64,000 nt of DNA from Sphingopyxis sp. (GTDB lineage Bacteria; Pseudomonadota; Alphaproteobacteria; Sphingomonadales; Sphingomonadaceae). The DNA lies in assembly GCA_032154175.1 (NCBI GenBank), contig JALDYH010000009.1, positions 228 to 64,227 of the forward strand. The letters run 5' to 3'. Positions 30,653-40,252 of this stretch are shown here, one piece after another (the stretch's first letter is position 1; every line of letters begins with the position of its first letter). The translations under genes and the position numbers were made by a program. The notes under the pieces were generated by a model. The model had not been told where the DNA came from. It saw only the letters and a list, made by a program, of their open reading frames with translations, and did not search any database.

Positions 30653-31774
30653 ATGTTTCTCACCCGTCGTTCGATCATATTATCGGGGCTCGCCGCTACA
30701 GCGGCTGGTGCCCTGCCCACCATGGCTTTTGCGGCCGCGGGAACCCAGAAGCGGCTGGTTTTCATCATCCAGCGCGGAGCCGCCGACGGACTTGGCACTG
30801 TTGCCCCGACGGGTGATCCCGCTTTCGCGGCGGCCCGTGGCGCAATCGCCGACGAAACCGCAGGAGGCGCCAAGCTCGATGCAATGTTCACGCTGCATCC
30901 AGCGCTGGCTTCCGCTGCTGACCTGTTCGCCGCCAAGCAGGCATATTTTGTGCATGCAGTCGCCACCGCTTATCGGGAGCGGTCCCATTTTGATGGCCAG
31001 AATGTGCTAGAAAGCGGTGGATCACGCCCCTATGAACACAAAGACGGCTGGCTCGGCCGCCTTCTCACGCTGCTTCCTGCAGCCGAGCGCAACGGGCTTG
31101 CAATAGCGGCAGCGGTCCCACTGGCGTTGCGTGGGAAACTGCCTGTCAGCACATATGCCCGCAGCCGTCTGCCGCAGGCCGATGCCGACCTGATCCAGCG
31201 TCTGACCGCGCTTTACGAAGAAGATTCATTGCTACAACCGCTGTGGAACAGTGCCATAAAGACGCGAAAGCTGGCGAATGACATCAGCGGCAACGGGGGT
31301 CGCAACGGCGTGGATCTCGGCGCGCTGGTCGCCTCGCTCATGCTACCCGTCAACGGCGCCAGGGTGACGATGGTCGAAACCGAGGGATGGGACACCCATA
31401 GCGGCCAAAGGGGTCGTTTGGCAGCGCAGTTGCGCGGCCTCGATCGGATGATCGGTGCGCTTCAGACCGGTCTTGGAACAGCTTGGAAAGACACGCTGGT
31501 CATCGTGGCGACCGAGTTCGGCCGCACCGTTGAAGTCAACGGAACCGGGGGCACAGACCATGGCACGGGCGCGACCGCGATGTTCTTCGGCGGCGGGCTT
31601 GCCGGGGGCGGAACCGTAGCGGCCGACTGGCCCGGCCTGTCGCCCGCCGCTCGTTACGAGGGCCGCGACCTGAAACCGACACGCAGCCTTGAAAGCACGA
31701 TCGCGCATGCCGTTGCACATCATTATGCGCTCGATCCCAAGCGTGTGATAGCGACACTATATCCCGACAGGTAA
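30653..31774 (+). CDS. DUF1501-family Tat-exported protein
   Basis: TRRS Tat motif, QRGAADGL, RSHFDGQ, GWDTH, TEFGRT, GTDHG. Confidence 0.9.
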   Translation: MFLTRRSIILSGLAATAAGALPTMAFAAAGTQKRLVFIIQRGAADGLGTVAPTGDPAFAAARGAIADETAGGAKLDAMFTLHPALASAADLFAAKQAYFVHAVATAYRERSHFDGQNVLESGGSRPYEHKDGWLGRLLTLLPAAERNGLAIAAAVPLALRGKLPVSTYARSRLPQADADLIQRLTALYEEDSLLQPLWNSAIKTRKLANDISGNGGRNGVDLGALVASLMLPVNGARVTMVETEGWDTHSGQRGRLAAQLRGLDRMIGALQTGLGTAWKDTLVIVATEFGRTVEVNGTGGTDHGTGATAMFFGGGLAGGGTVAADWPGLSPAARYEGRDLKPTRSLESTIAHAVAHHYALDPKRVIATLYPDR

Positions 31775-32011
31775 ACGCGCCCGCCGTGCTGTCACGCGCC
31801 TGATCGCCTTGAAGGAATGTCCAAGCCTGCAAACGTAGTTCGGCCACCGCCCGCGTCGGGCGGGAGCCACCCGGCAAGCCAAGAAAAGGCTGTCATTCGG
31901 TACCGTATTGCGCCAAATGCCGACAATGCCACTTTAACAGCCTCATATCCATGGCTCCGGAACCAACCGCGACAGGCCGTGTTAGTGATCCGGCAGGGAT
32001 AGTCTCGATCT

Positions 32012-33970
32012 ATGAAAGTCAGAAATGAACAGGGTTGGATGGCGGTGCCTGCGCAGATTCTGCGAACCGCGCTAAGCTGGTCGCGTGGCCAGCGCCGGCT
32101 ACTGGTGGCCGCTATGGACGGCATCCTTTGCGTCATCGCGGTCTGGATCGCTTACTCGCTGCGGCTTGGCGTGTGGGAATTGTTCTCGCGCCCGATTTTC
32201 ATCTTTTCCGCCGCGACCCTGCTCTTCTGGTATCCGATCGCGCATCTTACCGGCGTCTACCGTTCGGTGATACGTTTTTCCGGCGCGCGCACGATCGCCA
32301 ATATCGCGACGGCGTGCGCGATTCTCGCGCTTCCGTTACTGGTCGCATTCGTAATATTCCGGGTCCCCGACGTACCGCGCACGCTTACGATATTGCATCC
32401 GATCATCTTTCTCCTGCTTTTGGCGTCGAGCCGGATCGTGATCCGTTTCGCTTTGCTTGATCTGTTGCACAGCGTGTCCTCTGACGCCCGGCGCGTCATC
32501 ATCTATGGCGCAGGGCGCGCGGGACAACAGCTGGCATTGTCCCTCCGCCACGAACCGCAAATTTATCTCGTCGGCTTCGTCGATGACGATCTGCGCCTCG
32601 CTGGTCAGCGGCTCGACGGAATCCCCGTCTTTGGCTCGGATAATTTGGGCAGATTGCTCGAAGATACTGATGTCGACGAGGTCCTGCTCGCCATCCCCAG
32701 CGCATCGCGCATGCGCCGCCGCGAAATCATCGAGCGCATGCAGAAAGAGCAGATTTATGTACGCTCACTGCCCAGCCTGTCGAACATTATCGAAGGCTCG
32801 GTAACCGTCAATGACCTGCGCGAGATCCAGATTGAGGAATTGCTTGGCCGCGAGGCTGTGACGCCCAACGAAGTGCTGATGGGGCGAACGATAGTCGGTA
32901 AAACTGTTCTTGTTTCGGGCGCGGGCGGTTCGATCGGCAGCGAATTGTGCCGACAGATATTGCGGTGCTATCCGGCGCGCCTAATCCTCCTCGAACAATC
33001 GGAGTTCGCACTATATGCGATCGAAAAGGAGTTGTCGGACCTGAAGCGCGCGCTCGGTATCGACCTGCCGATAATCCTTGAACTCGGCAACGTCGCCGAA
33101 CGATCGACATCGATGCGCATTTATCGCAATCACCGTCCCGACACTGTCTATCATGCGGCCGCCTACAAACACGTCCCGCTGGTAGAGGCAAATCCGATTT
33201 CGGGGCTGCGCAACAATGTCCTCGGCACGCTTTTCAGCGTTGAGGCAGCCGCAGCGACCGGCGTATCGCACTTCACGCTGATCAGCACCGACAAGGCTGT
33301 TCGCCCTACCAATATCATGGGCGCTTCGAAGCGAGTGTGCGAACTGATCCTTCAGGCGCGGGCCGAGCGAGCCGACACGCCCACGGTGTTCAGCATGGTT
33401 CGCTTCGGCAACGTGCTCGGATCGAGCGGGTCGGTCGTGCCGCTCTTCAAAGCGCAGATTGCGGCAGGCGGGCCAGTGACGATCACGCACGCGAAAATCA
33501 CCCGATATTTTATGACGATCCCCGAAGCGTCGCAGCTCGTCATTCAGGCAAGCGCGATGGCGCGCGGCGGCGAAGTCTTTGTGCTCGATATGGGCCAGCC
33601 GGTGCAGATCATAGACCTTGCGCGCAGTATGATTCAGCTGTCGGGTCTTAGTATCCGCGACGCCGATCGCCCCGACGGCGACATCGAAATCGTCGAGACG
33701 GGACTGCGGCCCGGTGAAAAGCTTTACGAAGAATTGCTGATCGGCGACAATCCCGAACCGACCAATCATCCCCGCATCCTGCGTGCCCGCGAAAAGCGCT
33801 GGCCCTGGAATGAGCTGGAACCGGAACTGGCCGAACTCGACGCCATTATCCGAGGTAGCGGAAATCCCGCCACTGCGATGCGCATCGTCAGCAAACTAGT
33901 TCCGGAGTACGTACCGGACACGATCTGGGCAGAACGAATGTCCGGTTCAAGTCCGGCTGCGGACGCTTAA
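32012..33970 (+). CDS. membrane UDP-GlcNAc 4,6-dehydratase (PglF/CapD/WbpM-like)
   Basis: N-terminal TMs, YGAGRAG, GAGGSIGSEL, HAAAYKHVP, STDKAVRP, RFGNVLGSSGSV, GLRPGEKLYEEL. Confidence 0.95.
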   Translation: MKVRNEQGWMAVPAQILRTALSWSRGQRRLLVAAMDGILCVIAVWIAYSLRLGVWELFSRPIFIFSAATLLFWYPIAHLTGVYRSVIRFSGARTIANIATACAILALPLLVAFVIFRVPDVPRTLTILHPIIFLLLLASSRIVIRFALLDLLHSVSSDARRVIIYGAGRAGQQLALSLRHEPQIYLVGFVDDDLRLAGQRLDGIPVFGSDNLGRLLEDTDVDEVLLAIPSASRMRRREIIERMQKEQIYVRSLPSLSNIIEGSVTVNDLREIQIEELLGREAVTPNEVLMGRTIVGKTVLVSGAGGSIGSELCRQILRCYPARLILLEQSEFALYAIEKELSDLKRALGIDLPIILELGNVAERSTSMRIYRNHRPDTVYHAAAYKHVPLVEANPISGLRNNVLGTLFSVEAAAATGVSHFTLISTDKAVRPTNIMGASKRVCELILQARAERADTPTVFSMVRFGNVLGSSGSVVPLFKAQIAAGGPVTITHAKITRYFMTIPEASQLVIQASAMARGGEVFVLDMGQPVQIIDLARSMIQLSGLSIRDADRPDGDIEIVETGLRPGEKLYEELLIGDNPEPTNHPRILRAREKRWPWNELEPELAELDAIIRGSGNPATAMRIVSKLVPEYVPDTIWAERMSGSSPAADA

Positions 33971-33981
33971 GAATCAGGGCC

Positions 33982-35193
33982 CTAGCGGGCGGCTGCCCCC
34001 GCTAAAATCTCGTCAATGGCTTGCGCCGCCTGCTTCATCTCCGCATCTGTCAGCGTTGGATGGACGAGCCACATCAGGCTCGTCGCGCCTAGTTCGCGCG
34101 CGACAGGCAGGCGCTGCAGGGGCCGAAATCCGCTCCCGTCAAATGCCTTTTCGAGATACACCTCGGAACAACTGCCCTGAAAACAGGGAATGCCCCGGGC
34201 ACTGAATTCGGCAACGATCCGGTCGCGGTCCCATCCGGCGGTCAGCGCCTCGGGACGGACATAAGCATAATATTTATACTGCCCATGGACATTTCCCTCG
34301 CCCCCAAGCTCGGGCAAGCGGACGATCCCTTCAGCGCCAGAGAATGGCCTCAGCGCCGTTTCGAGGATGGCAGCGTTGCGCGTCCGGGCGGCAGTCCATT
34401 TGGGCATACGACGTAATTGGATACGACCGATAGCTGCCTGCATTTCGATCATTCTCCAATTGGTCCCGAACGCTTCGTGAACCCATCGAAAGCCGGGCGG
34501 GTGGCTACGCTCATATACCGCTTCCCAGCTTTTTCCGTGATCCTTGAAAGACCACATGCGCGACCAGAGATCGGGGTCATTGGTAGTTACCATTCCCCCT
34601 TCTCCGCCAGTGGTCATGATCTTATCCTGACAAAAGGACCAAGCCCCGATATGACCGATCGAACCGACGCTGCGTCCTTTATAGCAGGTGCCGTGCGCCT
34701 GGGCGCAATCCTCGATCACCGCGAAGCCTTTTTCCTCGGCCAGCGCCATGATCGGGTCCATGTCCGCCGGCCAGCCGGCAAGATGAACGACGATCACCGC
34801 CCGGACATTTAGCGTGAGGACGGGAGCGATGGTCTTCGCAGAGAGATTGCCGCTGTCGCGATCGACATCGGCAAACACCGGGATCGCGCCTGCGTTCACC
34901 ACGCAGCTGACCGACGCGAGGAAGGTTCGCGGCGTGACGACCACCTCGTCGGCGGCATCGCCTCCGTTCGCCGCGCCGATCCCCAGACCATGAAGCGCCA
35001 GATCGAGCGCGACCGTGCCATTCGCGACCGCTACGGCATGACCGCTTCCCGCCCATTCGGCAAATTCACGTTCGAAGTGCCGGCATTCCTCGCCCGTCCA
35101 ATAGTTCACCTTGTTGGATCGCAGCACTCTGGCGACGGCATCGACCTCTTCTTCGTCGAAGGCAGGCCAAGGGGAAAAGCTCGTGTTCAGCAC
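33982..35193 (-). CDS. DegT/DnrJ/EryC1 sugar aminotransferase (PglE-like)
   Basis: NGTVALD, EDCAQAHG, SFCQDKIMTTGGEGG, GTNWRM. Confidence 0.93.
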   Translation of the reverse strand: MLNTSFSPWPAFDEEEVDAVARVLRSNKVNYWTGEECRHFEREFAEWAGSGHAVAVANGTVALDLALHGLGIGAANGGDAADEVVVTPRTFLASVSCVVNAGAIPVFADVDRDSGNLSAKTIAPVLTLNVRAVIVVHLAGWPADMDPIMALAEEKGFAVIEDCAQAHGTCYKGRSVGSIGHIGAWSFCQDKIMTTGGEGGMVTTNDPDLWSRMWSFKDHGKSWEAVYERSHPPGFRWVHEAFGTNWRMIEMQAAIGRIQLRRMPKWTAARTRNAAILETALRPFSGAEGIVRLPELGGEGNVHGQYKYYAYVRPEALTAGWDRDRIVAEFSARGIPCFQGSCSEVYLEKAFDGSGFRPLQRLPVARELGATSLMWLVHPTLTDAEMKQAAQAIDEILAGAAAR

Positions 35194-35223
35194 GGAAAAT
35201 CACCTAGGATAGCGTGTATGGGG

Positions 35224-35877
35224 TCAATTTTTCTCGAGGACATATATGATATGTCCGTGGTTCTTCGGCACGGGATACGACTTCAAAATGGAAAATTTTT
35301 CACTTATCATCCGGTCAATGACAGATTTTCTGGTCGCCGGAGACGAGTTCACCTTCCAGATGTTATAGTAATAATCGGATGACGCCCGCAGCACCTTGAT
35401 CATCATCCGCTTCACAAAAAGCGGGATCGGAATCGAGAAAAAACGCTCGCGCTTCGAGGTTAGTCGCAACGCCGTATAGAAACGAAAATCCTCGGCAGCC
35501 AGAACCAGCACTGCGTATTTGCTAGAAAGCTGCCTAATATTCTCCAATGCACTTTCCACGTCGGAATAGGGGATATGATGGAAAACACGTGAACATAATA
35601 CGACGTCGAAAGTCTTTCCTTCCAGCGCAGCGGCTGCCGAGGTAATCGGTGATACAATGTCGGGAGCAAGGTTCGCATTGATATCGATTGTCGTGACCGG
35701 AACGCCGAAACCTTCGACAAGATATTTCACGACGCCCGTACCGACGCCGATTTCCGCGACCGTCTTGGGTTCAAGGCCGAGCACTTCATTGATCTGAAAC
35801 CAGTAAGTATTGAATCGGTCGAGCGAAACATATTCGCTGAACTTGTAATAATCCTTGGCGATCTTGGCTTGTTCCAT
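35224..35877 (-). CDS. class I SAM-dependent methyltransferase
   Basis: EIGVGTG motif I, TIDI, FDVVLCSRVFHHIPY; AT-rich. Confidence 0.82.
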   Translation of the reverse strand: MEQAKIAKDYYKFSEYVSLDRFNTYWFQINEVLGLEPKTVAEIGVGTGVVKYLVEGFGVPVTTIDINANLAPDIVSPITSAAAALEGKTFDVVLCSRVFHHIPYSDVESALENIRQLSSKYAVLVLAAEDFRFYTALRLTSKRERFFSIPIPLFVKRMMIKVLRASSDYYYNIWKVNSSPATRKSVIDRMISEKFSILKSYPVPKNHGHIIYVLEKN

Positions 35878-35879
35878 TC

Positions 35880-36878
35880 TCAAAAATCCTTGGTGATCGA
35901 ATAACATGTTCCGATAAAATGAGCGTCGTCATAGCGCAGCATCCGCAAGCCAGGCTGCCATTGATGTGCATAGTCGGCTTCCAGCCCGATGCTTTCGGCA
36001 AGCAGCCATTTGGCGAATGGCGCCCCCGCACGATGCGCAAGAGGGTAGCCGCCGCCGAAGCGCGCATTGATCTCGAATATCGAGGGAATGCCGTCCGCAC
36101 CGACGATCGCCTGGAAACAGAGCGCGCCGCGAGCGCCCTTCAACTGCTGGCCCAACCGTTCCGCGATGGCGATGATCTGGGGGTCATTCACCGTTTCGCC
36201 CTTCGATACTTCACCTCCCCGCACTTCCTGCCGGACATGCGGCACCGCGGCGCGCAAAAACCCTTTGTGATCGAAGAATATGTTGGTCGTGAACTCGCGC
36301 CCCGACAGCAGTGCCTGCGCCACATAATCGGCGGCCACGTCGTCCGCGCGAACCTCGCCCCAATCTTTCGCGACATAAATGCCCTTCGATGCGCTTCCGG
36401 CCTTCGGCTTCAACAGAAGAGGCCAGGGGGCGGATTGGGGCGCCTTGCTCAATTCCTCGAGATCGAATGTCGCCGGCGTCGCAAATCCCCGCTCGCTGAA
36501 CCATTTTGCGGTCAGATATTTATCCTGCGCGATCTCGACCACCTGGGGATCGGACACGCCGACCGTGATATGATGCACCCCGAACCGCGCCCGCGCCCGG
36601 CTATACAGAATCAGTTCGGGATCGATCGTCGGCACCACAAGGTCGACTTCGTGGCGGACGCAATTGTCGAGCACGACATCGATAAACTCCGGCGCCGAAC
36701 AGGCCGGGGTTCGTATCGCGACATCGGCCTCGACACACGCCGCGCTGTAATCCGGCGCCATGTCGCCGGCGATGACGCGCAAGTCTACGCCCAGATCCCG
36801 AGCGGCTTCGCGAAAGCAATGAATGAGGCCGACCCGGCGACCGGCCGACGAAAAATATACCGAAACTGATTGACGCAC
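35880..36878 (-). CDS. ATP-grasp domain protein (carbamoyl-phosphate-synthase-like, polysaccharide-locus type)
   Basis: SSAGRRV, VPTIDPEL, QDKYLT, LKPKAGSASKG, REFT, FEINARFGGGYP. Confidence 0.88.
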   Translation of the reverse strand: MRQSVSVYFSSAGRRVGLIHCFREAARDLGVDLRVIAGDMAPDYSAACVEADVAIRTPACSAPEFIDVVLDNCVRHEVDLVVPTIDPELILYSRARARFGVHHITVGVSDPQVVEIAQDKYLTAKWFSERGFATPATFDLEELSKAPQSAPWPLLLKPKAGSASKGIYVAKDWGEVRADDVAADYVAQALLSGREFTTNIFFDHKGFLRAAVPHVRQEVRGGEVSKGETVNDPQIIAIAERLGQQLKGARGALCFQAIVGADGIPSIFEINARFGGGYPLAHRAGAPFAKWLLAESIGLEADYAHQWQPGLRMLRYDDAHFIGTCYSITKDF

Positions 36879-37472
36879 CTACTGCCCGCTTCCTTTGAAT
36901 TTTTCCATGATCATGCCGTTGTTCGCGTTGACGCCCGTTCGCCGGAACACCAGCGCGATCGTCTTGGCGATGATCGCCATATCCAGCTTCAGACTATGGT
37001 TATCGACATACCACACATCCAAACGAAATCGCTCGTCCCATTCCACAGCGTTTCGCCCGTGAATTTGCGCCCAGCCTGTCAATCCCGGCCGAACTTGGTG
37101 CCGACGCGCCTGCTCGGGCGTATATAGCTGCAGGTAGCTCATCAGCAATGGCCTCGGGCCGACAAGGCTCATATCCCCCTTGAGCACATTCACGAGACCC
37201 GGCAACTCGTCGAGGCTGGTCGCCCTTAAAAAGCGGCCGAGCGGCGTGAGGCGCTGATCGCTGGGAAGCAGCTTGTTGTCCTCGTCCACGGCATTGGTCA
37301 TTGTCCGAAATTTCAGCATATTAAACGCGCGCCCCCCCAAGCCCGGGCGCTCCTGCACGAACAGGACGGGCGCGCCGAGCTTTACGCGAATCATCGCGGC
37401 CGCGACCAGCATGATCGGGAGGAAGATCAGCAGGCCGGCAAGCGCGCCCGCAATGTCAATCAGTCGCTTCAT
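36879..37472 (-). CDS. initiating phosphoglycosyl transferase (PglC-like)
   Basis: MKRLIDI, QERPG, KFRTM, SLDELP, GDMSLVGPRPLL, PGLTGWAQ, DVWYVD. Confidence 0.93.
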   Translation of the reverse strand: MKRLIDIAGALAGLLIFLPIMLVAAAMIRVKLGAPVLFVQERPGLGGRAFNMLKFRTMTNAVDEDNKLLPSDQRLTPLGRFLRATSLDELPGLVNVLKGDMSLVGPRPLLMSYLQLYTPEQARRHQVRPGLTGWAQIHGRNAVEWDERFRLDVWYVDNHSLKLDMAIIAKTIALVFRRTGVNANNGMIMEKFKGSGQ

Positions 37473-37523
37473 CTCAACCTTGCAATCTCATTTCACGAAC
37501 AAGCCGATCCGGCGCCGTACAAG

Positions 37524-38501
37524 CTATATATAATAGCCTTGGATCATCGTCATCGCGCCGGGATGGAAAAGTATGATCGTGCCATTCACAACGATGAGAG
37601 CGGCAAGGAAGAGCGCGCCCAATAACCCAACCCTCCTCAGTTCCCACGCGTCATAAAGCAACAGGAAATGACAGATGACGATGGCGGTGATCGCCATCCG
37701 GCCATAGACCCATTCGTCCAGCCCCAACAGCAAGGTGACGATCAACGTAAAAAGCGTCGCCGCAATCAGACCGACAGCAATCGAGCGCCATTTTTTTTGC
37801 TGCGCAATAAGAAACAAAGAGGCGCATAGTACCAACGAGAAGGCGAGGTAAACGACATTCTGCAAGCCATCATCGATGACATTTGAGGTAAAGGCCTCGG
37901 TCCGGCTACCAAGTATCAGCTCAAGGCCACCAAAAAGCTGCAACAGCAAGGCCACCGAAACCAAGCCCACGGAAGATATTATTTTCCAGTCGCGACCAAA
38001 AACTGTATAGTAGTGAACAAAGACAAGAAATCCGAGAATCAAAATTAGAGAATTATGTGACATAATCGCGAGAAGGCCCCATATCGCCGCAACGATCCTC
38101 CGATCCTTTACAATAGACAAGATAAAAAATATAATAAACAGCGTACCAAGGCACTGGCGCAGAATATTGAATTCCAACATTACCCCAAATGGAGAAAGAA
38201 AAGCAGCGTATAGAAATATTCCACCAAAAAAACCGAGCCTAGATATAGAAATTGCTAGAATAATAGTACTAAAACCAAAAACAAATGCGCCGCGATCAAG
38301 GAAATAAGATAGTATTCTTATTACTTCCCAAGACACGGGCTCTTGGTAGTACCTTGGATTTCTATAATCTATTCCTATTGATTGCCCCCAATAAACATTG
38401 ATGTCAACACCCCCTACGGCATGATATGCAATATAGAATTGCACAGCCGCAGCGGCGAAAACAAAAATATATACTAATCCTATATAATTGCGATTATACA
38501 C
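37524..38501 (-). CDS. EpsG-like polytopic membrane protein, probable Wzy polymerase
   Basis: about 10 TM segments, GVDINVY, EPVSW, NILRQCLG, SHNS motifs; strongly AT-rich. Confidence 0.75.
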   Translation of the reverse strand: MYNRNYIGLVYIFVFAAAAVQFYIAYHAVGGVDINVYWGQSIGIDYRNPRYYQEPVSWEVIRILSYFLDRGAFVFGFSTIILAISISRLGFFGGIFLYAAFLSPFGVMLEFNILRQCLGTLFIIFFILSIVKDRRIVAAIWGLLAIMSHNSLILILGFLVFVHYYTVFGRDWKIISSVGLVSVALLLQLFGGLELILGSRTEAFTSNVIDDGLQNVVYLAFSLVLCASLFLIAQQKKWRSIAVGLIAATLFTLIVTLLLGLDEWVYGRMAITAIVICHFLLLYDAWELRRVGLLGALFLAALIVVNGTIILFHPGAMTMIQGYYI

Positions 38502-39175
38502 GAAGACAAAACCCCTATACCGAAAATCTTGCCTAACATTATCGAATGATAAATGCTGTCTGGCTCCCCCCGCGTTTCGGCGAGGGCAATCTTCGGGAAT
38601 ATGTAAAAGTTCAGCACCAGATTCCCGACGCCGCTAATGACGGTCGCCGATTGCACCAATGTTGCCTGATATTCCGGATGGCGTATCGCGAGAAGGTTGA
38701 GAATGAATGCCGTGGGCATTGCAAGCGACGTCGTCAGGCTTTGCCCGAAAATGACCAGAATATCCTTCTTTCGATCGGCAAAGCCATAGTTCATGCCTCC
38801 GCGCCGGGGGAGCAATCCGCGTAGCGCCGCGAACGAAAAGCCGTCACGCTCAATCCCCAGCACGAGGTTGGTGCAGATCCGGAGCAGGAAGGGCCATGAC
38901 CGGAGAAGACCGGCAAGCATGATCCCCGAAACGGCGCAACCGACCAATGCGAACAGCTTCAGATTCCCCTCGTCGCCCCCCTTGTCGACATAGAGGCCAA
39001 GCAGCGGCGCGATGAGGAATCCGTTCAACCGATTTATGCTGTAAATCTGGTTCGACAGCATCAATCCGAGAGGAAAATGCTGCGTCTTCGCTCCGGCATG
39101 CCGCGCGATATTCGCAATGGATTCGCTGCTGCAATACAAGATGAACAATATAGTGATGACGGCTAAAAGCAGCAT
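38480..39175 (-). CDS. Amj (DUF2837)-like putative lipid-linked oligosaccharide flippase
   Basis: ARHAGAKT...NQIYSINR...APLLG and HPEYQATLVQSATVISGVGNLVLNFYIFPKIA resemble Amj segments. Confidence 0.6.
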   Translation of the reverse strand: MLLLAVITILFILYCSSESIANIARHAGAKTQHFPLGLMLSNQIYSINRLNGFLIAPLLGLYVDKGGDEGNLKLFALVGCAVSGIMLAGLLRSWPFLLRICTNLVLGIERDGFSFAALRGLLPRRGGMNYGFADRKKDILVIFGQSLTTSLAMPTAFILNLLAIRHPEYQATLVQSATVISGVGNLVLNFYIFPKIALAETRGEPDSIYHSIMLGKIFGIGVLSSCIIAII

Positions 39176-39181
39176 GTCAGA

Positions 39182-40237
39182 TCATTTCTCTTCCAGAATT
39201 TCCTTGAACGCCTCGAAGGATTTTCCGATATGGTTAAAATCTATATCGTAAACCTTCGTTTCGATATTGTCCGACAAACGTGCACCCGCCCTTATGTCGA
39301 GCATGAAGGGAGAAAAATCGTCGCCAAGCACCGGCGTCATGCAATCCCGATATTTGATCCCGTCTCCCGGCACGCCCACGTCCGCGGCGAGCGGCTTCAC
39401 CAATGCACAGCGCACGCCGAAAGTGCAGCACATGACGAATATGTGCATTGCGCTTGTAACGACCTCTTGAGCGGACGCGATCCGGTCGATCAACCCTTCG
39501 ACATCCGCCGGACGGCACATACGCGCGCTCAGAAGCTCGAATTCGTCGCAGTCCATGGGCGAGAACAGGCCATGGTGATTGATGTGGGGAATGAGAAGCC
39601 GGGCGGAGGCCGCCTTGTCTATCCGGGGTCGATAGAGGTGCCGCATGAAGAAGCCGGGGTCGCAGCAAGGCATGTCGGCGGATCGCGCGGAAGGCGGCAA
39701 CGCCTCGCGGGTGATGTAGCCGCGCACCATGCGAAACGACGCGCCGGGATCGATCGTATCTTTCAGCGAGTTGATACCCGACCCGATCACGACGGATCGA
39801 TCGTTGGCGCGCGAGATGATCGACCCAAGCGACACGACATGCAGGCTGGTCCGCGCATCGGTCAGATCGACGTGGCGGATGTCGCACCCGACCGCCCCGC
39901 GCACAATATAGGGCGCAAGCCAGTCGCCGAAATTTCCGCCGACCGGCTTGTGAGTCCATCCTAGGTTGATCACGCGCTCGGTCGACGTCGCATCATAGGC
40001 AGCGAAGGCCTCTTCCCATTGCTGCAATTCGGGGTCGCCAAGGCGCGCGAGCCGCGCCCGGTCGGCTTTCGAAAGCTGCCGTCGCGGAATCCGAAGCGCC
40101 AGCGCGGTTCGGGACGCGCGGAAAAACGGGATGCACGCCAGCGCAAGACTTCCCACGCGATGCGCCCGCGCCAAGAGACGAAATGCCCAGGTCGGAAGAT
40201 TGTTCGACAGAAATATCTTCCATTTCAAGACGTTCAT
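39182..40237 (-). CDS. polysaccharide pyruvyl transferase family (ExoV-like)
   Basis: NFGDWL, LGSII, VRGYITR, DPG, IPH, VTSAMH, KYRD. Confidence 0.8.
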   Translation of the reverse strand: MNVLKWKIFLSNNLPTWAFRLLARAHRVGSLALACIPFFRASRTALALRIPRRQLSKADRARLARLGDPELQQWEEAFAAYDATSTERVINLGWTHKPVGGNFGDWLAPYIVRGAVGCDIRHVDLTDARTSLHVVSLGSIISRANDRSVVIGSGINSLKDTIDPGASFRMVRGYITREALPPSARSADMPCCDPGFFMRHLYRPRIDKAASARLLIPHINHHGLFSPMDCDEFELLSARMCRPADVEGLIDRIASAQEVVTSAMHIFVMCCTFGVRCALVKPLAADVGVPGDGIKYRDCMTPVLGDDFSPFMLDIRAGARLSDNIETKVYDIDFNHIGKSFEAFKEILEEK

Positions 40238-40252
40238 TGAATGACCTTGCCT

